From a virus (Duplodnaviria > Caudoviricetes), in the IMG/VR virus record IMGVR_UViG_3300021399_000102, positions 1-64,000 of that record: 64,000 bases of DNA. One strand, given 5' to 3'. The first letter of the stretch is position 1; each line of letters starts with the position of its first letter. The notes under the pieces are model-generated. The model made no database searches. It was not told where the DNA came from and saw only the letters and a list, made by a program, of their open reading frames with translations. The translations under genes and the position numbers were made by a program. Shown piece after piece: positions 19,772 to 28,866 of the stretch.

Positions 19772-21400
19772 ATGGCAATGGCACAACAAGTTCAATTTGT
19801 TTATTTGGGATAGAGTGAATATGACACATTGGAAAGCAAGTCTCCTGGACATCTGTACTTCACGTCTGACACCCATAGGATATATAGAGGATCTGACTTA
19901 TATGCAACAACATCGTTTGACACTGTTTCTGCCCAATCAGCAACCTTTGGAGATTTGACTGTCACTGGAAATGTATCAATGTCATTGTCTCAGGTTGAGT
20001 TTGGGAGAATATAGGCTTCTGAAATAACTGTAGATGGAAGTTCCGTATCTCTTGAAGGTCACACGCATCCAGAACTTTCGGGGATAACTGAATCTGAGAT
20101 TTCCAAGACAAGCGCGACTTTTCAAGACTTGACAGTTACGGGAGATGTGACATTTTCTGTTGACCAATTGGATTTCCAAAGTCTTACGGCTTCAAGTATA
20201 GTGGTCAATGGAAGCCAAGTCTCTCTTGAAGGTCATACACATTCAACATCTGACATATCAGGGTTGGATTAGATGCTTTCTGGATATGCGTCTGCCTCGC
20301 ATTCCCACGCAATATCTGACATCACCAACCTATCCACAATCCTTGAGGGCATAACCCAATCAGAGGTAACAAAGAACAAGGTAAGCGCGTCAGCAGGCGT
20401 GTTTGACCAGATTTCAGCAGAAAGCGCAACTTTCTCGTCAATAACAGTGCAGGTTGCTGATTTCACCACAACAAGGGTTTCAGCCCAAGCCATGACAGTT
20501 GGTGGGTCAAATGTCTCAGTAGAGGGACATACGCATGGGATGTCTGAGATAGAAGGGCTTGAATCTTTGGCAACAACCTTGTCAGGAATAACCAAATCAA
20601 CCATAGCAAAGGCATCAGCCACTTTCCAAGACCTTGTTGTTACAGGGGATGTGACATTCTCGGTTGATCAACTAGATTTCCAAAGCATTACAGCTTCAAG
20701 CATATTGGTGAATGGAAGTTCAGTGGCACTTGAGGGTCATGTTCATTCTGCGTCTGACATATCAGATTTCGCATCTGCAGTTGTCTCTGCTGGAACAAGC
20801 GCGTTCGCAAGCGCATCGCATTCCCATGATGGACTTCAAGGCTTGACATCAAGTTCCATAACCAAGGATTTTGCTTCGTTCAATTCCATAAGCGCATCAA
20901 CCGCGACATTCGACAATCTTGTTGTTATTGGAGACGTGTCATTGTCTCTGTCCCAAGTTCAATTTGGGAGCATAATGGCGTCTGACATATCAGTGAATGG
21001 AAGCCAGGTGTCGCTTGAAGGACATGTCCACGCCATGTCTGAGATAGATGGGCTTGAAAGTTCCATCAGTCAATTAAACGCATCTGTTTCCGCGTTTGCT
21101 TCTGCGATGTCTGGATTGGATGCGACCTCTATTTCCAAGACTACAGCCACATTTGGAGACCTTGTTGTTACGGGGAGCGTGACATTCTCGGTGGATCAAC
21201 TTGATTTCGACACTTTGACTGCGTCGACCATATTGCTGAATGGAAGTTCAGTTGCAGTGGAAGGGCATACGCATTCAACATCTGACATAACTGGTCTTCC
21301 AAATCTATCCATTTGGGAAACCAGGCTTTAGAGTGTTGAAGATCAATTGGTGGGACTTGAATCTGCGCTACATGCTATCAACAATGGAGGAAACGCATAA
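19772..21400 (+). CDS. Tail fibre-like repeat protein with HxH motifs, ~542 aa with 4 in-frame TAG
   Basis: One frame through TAG at 19811, 20012, 20270 and 21329 to TAA overlapping the next ATG; six repeats ending EGH(T/V)H plus two ASHSH. Confidence 0.75.
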
Positions 21401-22887
21401 TGAGCATAGCATATGAAATACAGGCACTTGTTGCGAACAAGATTGCCATAAAGAACGCAATATTGGCGAAGTCTCCTGCTACACCACCTGGGGACAATTT
21501 GTCTGATTGGCCAACATCAATTGGAAGCATACCAAGTGGCGGTGGAGGAGCAGACCCAAGCAAACCAGTTAAGTTCAGGGACTGCGATGGCGTTATTCTG
21601 CATTCATATACAGCAAATGAAGTAGCAAGCATGACCGAACTTCCATCTTTGCCAACAAGGGATGGCTTGACATGCCAAGGGTGGAACTGGACGTTGCAGC
21701 AAATCAAAGACTATGTTGCTTCATATGGGAAATGCGAGATTGGAGCGACCTATACCACTGATGATGGCAAGACGAAGATAAAGCTGACCATATTGGACCA
21801 GAAGTACGCGACCATTCCTATTGTGTTCCAATAGACTGTGGCAAATGGCGTGAATGTGAATTGGGGCGATGGCTCTTCAGACCAGACTTATTCAGAAACT
21901 TCGCAATAGACCATAAGCCATACCTATGCACCATCTGCATATCCTGCTACATATACCATAACGTTCGAGGTCACAAGCGGCACAATGTCGTTCCCGTCAT
22001 ACATAATGGGAATGTCAGGCCAAACCACAACCAATCCAAGAGATGCTTTCCTGAACATGATTGATGAGGTGAATATCGGCAATGGTGTGACGAGAATTGG
22101 TGATAATGCGTTCAGGTATTGCTATTCCCTTGCCTCTGCTACGATACCAAGTTCAGTAACCAACATTGGGGCTTATGCATTCACTAGTTGCCATTCCCTT
22201 GTTTCGATAACCATACCAAGTTCAGTGACGAGCATCTACAATTTTTGGTTCTCGGGTTGCAATTCACTTGCTTCTGTTACGATACCAAGTTCAGTGACGA
22301 GCATAGGAAATAATGTGTTCTAGAATTGTTCTTCTCTTGTTTCGATAACCATACCAAGTTCAGTGACGAGCATAGGAAATAATGTGTTACAGAATTGCCT
22401 TTCACTTGCTTCTGTTACGATACCAAGTTCAGTGAATAGCATTGGGAATTATGCGTTCTCGGGTTGCAATTCACTTGCTTCTGTTACGATACCAAGTTCA
22501 GTGACGAGCATAAAAAATAATGTGTTCTAGAATTGCTATTCCTTTGCTTCAATAACTATACCAAGTTTAGTGACTAGCATCGGGAATGATGCCTTCAGGG
22601 GTTGCAATTCCATTGCTTCGATAACTATACCAAGTTCAGTTACGAGCATCGGGTCTTAGGCATTCTATGGTTGCTACGGACTCAAGACATTTGACTTCAG
22701 GCAAAGCACATCAGTTCCAACACTTGCTGATGTAAACGCATTCTTGACCACCCCAACAGTAAAGGAGATTGTCGTTCCAGATGACCTATATGACACTTGG
22801 ATAGCAGCTACGAACTGGAATTCAACAACAAACCAGATAAAGACGAGCATCGTAAAGGCGTCTGAATCGTCGCTTGGAACACTATAA
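21400..22887 (+). CDS. BspA-type leucine-rich repeat protein, 495 aa with 5 in-frame TAG
   Basis: [13 protein letters not shown] 23-aa repeats; TAG at 21832, 21907, 22321, 22528 and 22657; TAA at 22885. Confidence 0.85.
22072..22692 (+). repeat. Coding tandem repeat, 69-bp unit (LRR)
   Basis: ATACCAAGTT core recurs every 69 bp; 8 TIPS units from 22141 to 22624. Confidence 0.9.
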
Positions 22888-22911
22888 TTAAATAATGGAG
22901 GATTTGACAAA

Positions 22912-23349
22912 ATGGCAGTAGTATATGAAGAACAAGAAGATGGAATGGTGAAAGCCTATTCTGATCAACACAGGAAGATATTTGGTGGATTTCCAGAAGC
23001 CGAATATGATGTTGCATATGACCCGAAGGATGCGCAGAGGACATATGTTGAGACAGACGAGTACATTTCAACGCAAGAATCCACTTCAACAGCAAGAAGA
23101 TTCTCCAAATTGTCTCTTGAATCAGCACTGTTCCAAATGGGGCTTCTTGACAGGGTTGATGCATTCATAGATGAGCAATTGGTGGAAAATAAGCAAGGGC
23201 AGAAAGTTCCGTTGAGGAGATTCTACAACACCGCCAAAGAGTTCAGGGAAGACCATCCATTGTTCGAGAAGTATCTTGGTCTTCTGAAGCCTGTTGTTGG
23301 TTTGACAGATGTCCAAATAGAGCAACTTCTTGATTCTTGCCAAGCATGA
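22912..23349 (+). CDS. Hypothetical protein, possibly a fibre-assembly factor
   Basis: GGAGG SD; follows fibre genes. Confidence 0.6.
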   Translation: MAVVYEEQEDGMVKAYSDQHRKIFGGFPEAEYDVAYDPKDAQRTYVETDEYISTQESTSTARRFSKLSLESALFQMGLLDRVDAFIDEQLVENKQGQKVPLRRFYNTAKEFREDHPLFEKYLGLLKPVVGLTDVQIEQLLDSCQA

Positions 23350-23388
23350 ATTGACTTGACTCACGGAATCTGTGTAAATAGTCATATC

Positions 23389-23673
23389 ATGGCAAGCAAG
23401 ATACCAAAGAATCCGTACAACAAGATGAAGAACACCTCAGTTCAGGTGGACAATTTCATCTACACGCAGCTTCAATCCAACAAGAAGTCTTTCTATGTCT
23501 ATTGTGGAAAGTCCAAGAAGCGAATATATCAAGGGCATTGCTCAAAGGAGATAAAGAACATCTACTTCGATGGCACTTGCGTGGTGTGCATTTGCGACAA
23601 CAAGACGTACATATTCGGACCGCAGGATATGAGGTATCCATTGAAGAATTGGAGACAGATAAGGGAGTTCTAA
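23389..23673 (+). CDS. Hypothetical basic protein
   Basis: ATG 8 nt after GTAAATA (23374); TAA stop. Confidence 0.6.
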   Translation: MASKIPKNPYNKMKNTSVQVDNFIYTQLQSNKKSFYVYCGKSKKRIYQGHCSKEIKNIYFDGTCVVCICDNKTYIFGPQDMRYPLKNWRQIREF

Positions 23674-23675
23674 TC

Positions 23676-24960
23676 TTCAACTTACTCAACGGCTAAAGAC
23701 TGTTGAGATTGCTCTGCGATTGCTCGTAGAACCATTGGCTGGTTGAAGCAGCCTGTCCACCAAGTTCAACTTGCCGTCAATTGGCAACTCAAACGAAGTG
23801 GAGTGTTTGACATACCTGTTCATGATGTTGATTGCAGCATTCCAATCTGCATCGAACACCATGCCATCTTTCGTATAGAACCTACACCCAATTCTCTTAC
23901 ATCCAACACCCGATTGTGTTCTGCAATCTTGTCTGGATGTGTATTCGGGCGAAACTGTTTCTACTCGCTTTCCCTTGAGTAGTGCCTTGTAGGTCAAAAT
24001 CTGTCTTATCAAATAGAACGGAACTTGAGAGATTGCGTTATTATGTCTCTTCCTCTTGTATCCATCCTTGGTCTTGGAAGTAGATTGCTTTAGCTTGGTC
24101 AAGTCCTCCATAACAATCACAGAGCCATGATGTTTCAATATGGCATTTGCAAGATGATGACGCATGTTCTTTGAGACATTGGCTTCCTTTCTGCGAAGTT
24201 TCTTCAACTTGGTTCTTGCAGAGTGCGAATGCTTCTTGTGTGATTGGAGAATGCGTTTCTTGTGACGTATCCTTCGACGATTGGCGAGATACTGCTTGTC
24301 AGAATATGCTGTTCCATCAGACAAGGTTGCAATCCGCTTCATTCCAAGATCAACTCCAATATAACTGTCCTCATGTGGAGTAGGCGGAATATCCAAGAAT
24401 GGAACACAAGCATAGAACACACCTGTCTCATCATTATATGTCAATTTTGGATCGCACATCTTATACATCTCTGCCAATTCGTTGAACTTGGGATAAGTCA
24501 AGAACTTCACAGTTGATCTATGGTTTCCGTCCCCATTGGACAACTTGAAAGACTCTCTTGTGAGATTTGAGAACAGACGTTTGTCCAATTGAATTGATGG
24601 GTTCTTCATCTGAATTGGCTTGTCAATTTTGTGTCCATTGGAACGAACCGACTTGTAGTTTGCAATCAACGCACGTTCAACTTGAATGCACATCTGGGAT
24701 GGCAGGTTGTTAAACCGGCCTCTGAGTTCATAATACAACCTATTGTGAACTGACTTTAGACCAAGAGGCACTTTCTCATTGAATATGATGGTTGATGCGT
24801 AGTTATAGCATTCTCGTACAAGGCAAATGCGTTCCTTCCAAAAGTTCTTGACCTTTTGGTTCTCGAATTCCAATTTGACCTTGTATGTTCTCATGACAAT
24901 ATTATTTACACAGATTTACTCAGAAACTTCATTATAAATGAGCATATTTACAAAATATTG
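23676..24960 (-). mobile_element. Non-autonomous IS200/IS605-type element (tnpB only)
   Basis: Contains tnpB; TTGAA (minus strand) at both junctions (23676-23680, 24961-24965); CTCAAC...GTTGAG hairpin at the 3' end. Confidence 0.6.
23686..24894 (-). CDS. tnpB: TnpB RNA-guided endonuclease
   Basis: RuvC I IGVDLG, RuvC II IVMEDL, RuvC III DADWNAAINI; zinc finger degenerate. Confidence 0.9.
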   Translation of the reverse strand: MRTYKVKLEFENQKVKNFWKERICLVRECYNYASTIIFNEKVPLGLKSVHNRLYYELRGRFNNLPSQMCIQVERALIANYKSVRSNGHKIDKPIQMKNPSIQLDKRLFSNLTRESFKLSNGDGNHRSTVKFLTYPKFNELAEMYKMCDPKLTYNDETGVFYACVPFLDIPPTPHEDSYIGVDLGMKRIATLSDGTAYSDKQYLANRRRIRHKKRILQSHKKHSHSARTKLKKLRRKEANVSKNMRHHLANAILKHHGSVIVMEDLTKLKQSTSKTKDGYKRKRHNNAISQVPFYLIRQILTYKALLKGKRVETVSPEYTSRQDCRTQSGVGCKRIGCRFYTKDGMVFDADWNAAINIMNRYVKHSTSFELPIDGKLNLVDRLLQPANGSTSNRRAISTVFSR

Positions 24961-25043
24961 TTCAAGTGGTAAATAAGTAGAAAGGAGGTGGCGAATTCAT
25001 CGCAACAACTGAAGATGGTTGCGTTTCCTTCGCCAAGGTAATT

Positions 25044-25643
25044 ATGAAGAAGATAAACGAGAGTTGGGATCCGAAATACGACGACCAGCAAACGAACCAA
25101 TGGGGCGAGAAGTGGCAATAGGTTTCTGACACTTGGTTGGGTTCAATCATAGAACACATAATAAGGGATATTCAGATTGATCCATATGACGGCCCAAAAG
25201 TTGAAAGACTTTCACTTGGAAGTCTCCACATTTGCGAAGATGGACATCTCATAGCGACAATCTATGGTGGTGCGAATGGTGGTGGATTTAGTGGGATGGA
25301 AAGCAACTGGCCCTTCTATCTTTCCCTTGTTCGGAAGTTCCTTGGCAAGATTTTGGATTATGACAACGGCAATACGTTCAAGGATGTTTGGTTAATAGAT
25401 TGGGACAACGATTGTTGCGACGACGTATGGACGTTGCGCTTGGGACTTGGACTGTCTGATGAAGAGAAGGTTCATTTGATTGAGTGTGGAAAGAAGTTCT
25501 CTGTTGTAGATCCTACGAAGTTGGATGTGAGCTTGGATGCCGCAGTAGAAATGGTTGATCCTCTTGCAAATGACGCAATCCAAGTTGCGAATTGCGCAGC
25601 AACAGTTGCTGAATCCAGAAAGTTCCATTGGAAACGCATTTGA
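25044..25643 (+). CDS. Hypothetical late protein, 199 aa with 1 in-frame TAG
   Basis: MKKINES start; TAG at 25119 in frame with the track ORF at 25137; GTAAATA at 24969. Confidence 0.7.
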
Positions 25644-25762
25644 TTTTTCTGTATAATTGTAAATAGATATTGGCAAGGGGAGGTCAGGAAGACATCCGAC
25701 CAATCCAAGCCAACAACAATCAATTGGTCAGCGAACACGCGACCAAAGGAAGGTAAAGTAAA

Positions 25763-26230
25763 ATGAATGAACTGATGAAACCCCTGTCCACATGGGATGA
25801 TATGTGGAGAAGCATGGATGCCTTGATGAGGTATCCTTTTGAGGAAAATCCCCTCGCCACCAACGGACTGAAGTCCTTGATTCGCAGACCCCACAACCTC
25901 GTGAATGTCAAAGACGATGATGGAAATGTCGTCGCCCAGAGACTTGAGGTCGTGACCACTCCATTCGCAAAGGATGAAGTGAAGGTCAGTGTTGAGGGCA
26001 ATGTGTTGACAGTGGCATGTGGTGAAACCAACAAGGAGGAAAAGACCGAGGATGAATACATCTACAAGGGAATCTCCTCGCAAAGCTACACATTCCAGGT
26101 GAGATTGGGCAATTCTGTTGACAAGGCTGCAATCAAGGCGAAGAATGTCGATGGCGTTCTTACGGTGATGCTTCCATTCAAGAAGAAGGAAGCCGAACCA
26201 AAGCAGATCACCCAGATTGAGGTGGAATGA
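25763..26230 (+). CDS. Small heat-shock protein (Hsp20/alpha-crystallin)
   Basis: EVKVSVEGNVLTV, YIYKGIS, AKNVDGVLTVMLP and C-terminal I-x-V. Confidence 0.9.
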   Translation: MNELMKPLSTWDDMWRSMDALMRYPFEENPLATNGLKSLIRRPHNLVNVKDDDGNVVAQRLEVVTTPFAKDEVKVSVEGNVLTVACGETNKEEKTEDEYIYKGISSQSYTFQVRLGNSVDKAAIKAKNVDGVLTVMLPFKKKEAEPKQITQIEVE

Positions 26231-26231
26231 C

Positions 26232-26290
26232 ATACTGACATAAACATGATGTCAGTATTTCGGGGTGGGTTTATGGACTCGCCCCGTTTC
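26232..26290 (+). terminator. Double hairpin ending in an intrinsic terminator
   Basis: Inverted repeat ATACTGACAT/ATGTCAGTAT, then GC stem CGGGGTGGGT/ACTCGCCCCG followed by TTT. Confidence 0.65.
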
Positions 26291-26326
26291 TGGTATAATT
26301 GGATAGGCACAAGGAAGGTTTACAAC

Positions 26327-26689
26327 ATGATGGGTGACATATCCAAATATCCAAATCTTGAACGGTATTATAGGCATTTCGAGGAATCTTATGGGAAGTC
26401 AGAGAGGCATGACGATTCTTTCCCCAATCTCATAATCTGGATTAGGTTGGTTGTTGAGCCAGAAGACGATGGGAAAGAATGGACAGATGCAGCGCAATTC
26501 TTCGAGCTGGATGAAGATGATTCTGAGGATTTCCACTCATGGGGACACAACAGCAGATGGGCGAATGTATTTCTGCCATTTGCCTTGCATAACATGGAAC
26601 TTGTCAAGGAGAAGTGCATTGAACTCGCCGAAAGATTCGGCGACCCCAATGTTGAAGAATATCTGAAGGGGACAAATGATTACACCTGA
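26327..26689 (+). CDS. Hypothetical protein
   Basis: TGGTATAAT and AAGGAAGG upstream; overlaps the polymerase start. Confidence 0.65.
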   Translation: MMGDISKYPNLERYYRHFEESYGKSERHDDSFPNLIIWIRLVVEPEDDGKEWTDAAQFFELDEDDSEDFHSWGHNSRWANVFLPFALHNMELVKEKCIELAERFGDPNVEEYLKGTNDYT

Positions 26690-28784
26690 CTACAAGCTTA
26701 CATTTGACGTTGCCAAGATTCGTTCCATCATAGAGCCAAACGATGGCTATTGTTGGGTCTATTATGACCCATTTGGAATGAACCCAAGATTGGACGAGAA
26801 TGGCAAGATTTATCTCAAGTGCTTTGAGAAGGACACGCACAAGCCAATCGTGGTGGAGGTCAAGGACTTTCCATCTACGCTTTGGCACAGAACAACTGAC
26901 AAGTCCGCAATGGCGAGAGCCACGAAGGTTGATGCCTATGGCCAGCCTGTGGTTCAAGAGGTGTTCTTCAATGGGGCGCAAAGAAGGAAGTGGTTGACCG
27001 CATGGAAGAAGCGCACAGACTATTGCGAGAACCAAATTGTTCAGTGCATGGATCCGTGCGACGAGTTCATGCAGCAAGTGTTCTGGCAAGAGGCACAGGA
27101 GGAAACCTTCAATAAGGGATTCCAAAGGGTGTTCTTCTTGGATATTGAAACCGAAGTGTCAGAGACTTCGCTTCAACCGTGGAAGGCTGAGGACAAGGTG
27201 TTGATGGTCACTATCTACGATACCCAAACAGAGAAGTTCTACACTTGGTCTCTGAAGCCGGCAAAGGTTGAATTCCACGATGAACTTGACGAGAATGGAA
27301 ACGTGGTTTGGCACAATCCATTGTCAGACTACCCCAAGGACAAGTTCGTTCTCTACGACAACTTCAATGGTGACGAGCGGGAATTGCTCAAGCACATGAT
27401 GAGGTTCTGGGTTCATAACTACCCAGATGTTCTATGTGGTTGGAACAGCAGATGGTACGATATGCCATATTTGGTCAGACGGGTGGAGAACGTATTGGGC
27501 AAACCTGCTGCCAAATACTTCTCGCCACTTGAGGATTATTCCATCCACCACGAGAAATCCAACAAGAAGGACGAGAAGGGGCATTGGATTGAGAAGGACG
27601 ACATTGAATGGGTTGAGATAAAGGGCTTGTTTCAGGCAGATGAAATGGTTCTCTATTCCAAGAAGTTCAAGGTCAAGGAGGCACTTGATGGTGGATATGG
27701 CTTGTCGAACGTTGGACAAGCAGAAGGGTTTGGAGGAAAGATTGCATACGAGACAACGCTTCTTGACCTCTACAACCAAGATTGGCAGAAGTTCTACGAG
27801 TACAACGTCCGAGACGTTGAATTGCTTTGGTCAATCGAGCAGAAGTGCAAGTTGATACCACTTGCGAGGACGGTCGCGGGGTTTGGATTGACAAACTACG
27901 ACTACATCTATCAGTCGGCACCCTATCTCGTTCCCACAATCTCCATCTTCTGCCAGAAGCACCGTGAGAACATGATATTCAATTCCTACGCCAACAACTT
28001 CCGAGAGAAGGTGAAGTTCGAGGGGGCGTGGGTGATTCCTCCAGTGGTAGGACGGTATTCCTATGGAACTGCCACTGTTGACTTCAACTCACTTTATCCA
28101 TCCTGCATGCGTATGCTCAATCTTTCCATTGAAACCTATGTTGGACGCATAGACGATGGCTACAATGGCGAGGGTGGCTTGGACAACTTCTGGATGACCC
28201 ACGGTGGCATAGATGGCATCCCTGAGGACACGAAGTTCAAGTTGATTCTTGACAGAGTGGATATGCAAACTCCCATTGAGAAGGAGATTGATGTTCCAAC
28301 TCTGAGGAAGCTCCTTGAAACCAAACTCATAATCTGCCCAACGAACATGACACTGTTCTTGAAGCACGAAGTGAAACGTGGTGTCATAGCAGATTGGGCA
28401 GAGGTGTTCTTCAACCGAAGGAAAGCCACGAAGGGCGAGATGTTCAAGTGCGATTTGGAGGCAGAGAAGTGTCAGGATCCTATTGAGAAGGAGAAGTTGC
28501 TTACGAGAATGGAGAATCTCAAGAACCTTCAGCAGGCCTTGAAGATTTGCTTGAACTCCATCTATGGAGCCTTGTCGACGACAGGATGTCCATTTCTCCA
28601 TAGCATAGGTCTTGCGCAAAGTGTGACAAGGGCAGGTCGTTTCTCAAACTATAATGGTAGATTATTCTACAAAAAGTGGCTAAAAGAGCAATATAACATT
28701 GATGACAACTATGTTGTCACCGCGTCCGGCGATACAGATTCGTCAGTTTTCGACACATACATAGATGTAATTGAAGAGGATTGA
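26676..28784 (+). CDS. Family B DNA polymerase, N-terminal part plus 14-aa N-intein
   Basis: Exo I DIETE, Exo II GWNS..YD, Exo III YNVRD, motif A DFNSLYPS, motif B K...NSIYG; ends SGDTD|SSVFDTYIDVIEED-stop. Confidence 0.93.
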   Translation: MITPDYKLTFDVAKIRSIIEPNDGYCWVYYDPFGMNPRLDENGKIYLKCFEKDTHKPIVVEVKDFPSTLWHRTTDKSAMARATKVDAYGQPVVQEVFFNGAQRRKWLTAWKKRTDYCENQIVQCMDPCDEFMQQVFWQEAQEETFNKGFQRVFFLDIETEVSETSLQPWKAEDKVLMVTIYDTQTEKFYTWSLKPAKVEFHDELDENGNVVWHNPLSDYPKDKFVLYDNFNGDERELLKHMMRFWVHNYPDVLCGWNSRWYDMPYLVRRVENVLGKPAAKYFSPLEDYSIHHEKSNKKDEKGHWIEKDDIEWVEIKGLFQADEMVLYSKKFKVKEALDGGYGLSNVGQAEGFGGKIAYETTLLDLYNQDWQKFYEYNVRDVELLWSIEQKCKLIPLARTVAGFGLTNYDYIYQSAPYLVPTISIFCQKHRENMIFNSYANNFREKVKFEGAWVIPPVVGRYSYGTATVDFNSLYPSCMRMLNLSIETYVGRIDDGYNGEGGLDNFWMTHGGIDGIPEDTKFKLILDRVDMQTPIEKEIDVPTLRKLLETKLIICPTNMTLFLKHEVKRGVIADWAEVFFNRRKATKGEMFKCDLEAEKCQDPIEKEKLLTRMENLKNLQQALKICLNSIYGALSTTGCPFLHSIGLAQSVTRAGRFSNYNGRLFYKKWLKEQYNIDDNYVVTASGDTDSSVFDTYIDVIEED

Positions 28785-28866
28785 CTAAATCCTTTCTATG
28801 GCACAATTAGTATAATTGTAAATAGTAATGGCAACGAGTTGTTGCCATTATTATATGAGGAATATT

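Noticed and set aside
22321-22323. TAG as pyrrolysine
   Set aside because: TAG aligns with CAG/CAA in repeats and paralogues, and no pyl genes are seen.
22072-22692. CRISPR array or DGR template/variable repeat pair
   Set aside because: The 69-bp units are in-frame LRR codons without unique spacers; no cas or reverse transcriptase gene is in the window.
23686-24894. Cas12f/type V CRISPR effector
   Set aside because: No CRISPR array nearby, and IS-like ends favour TnpB.
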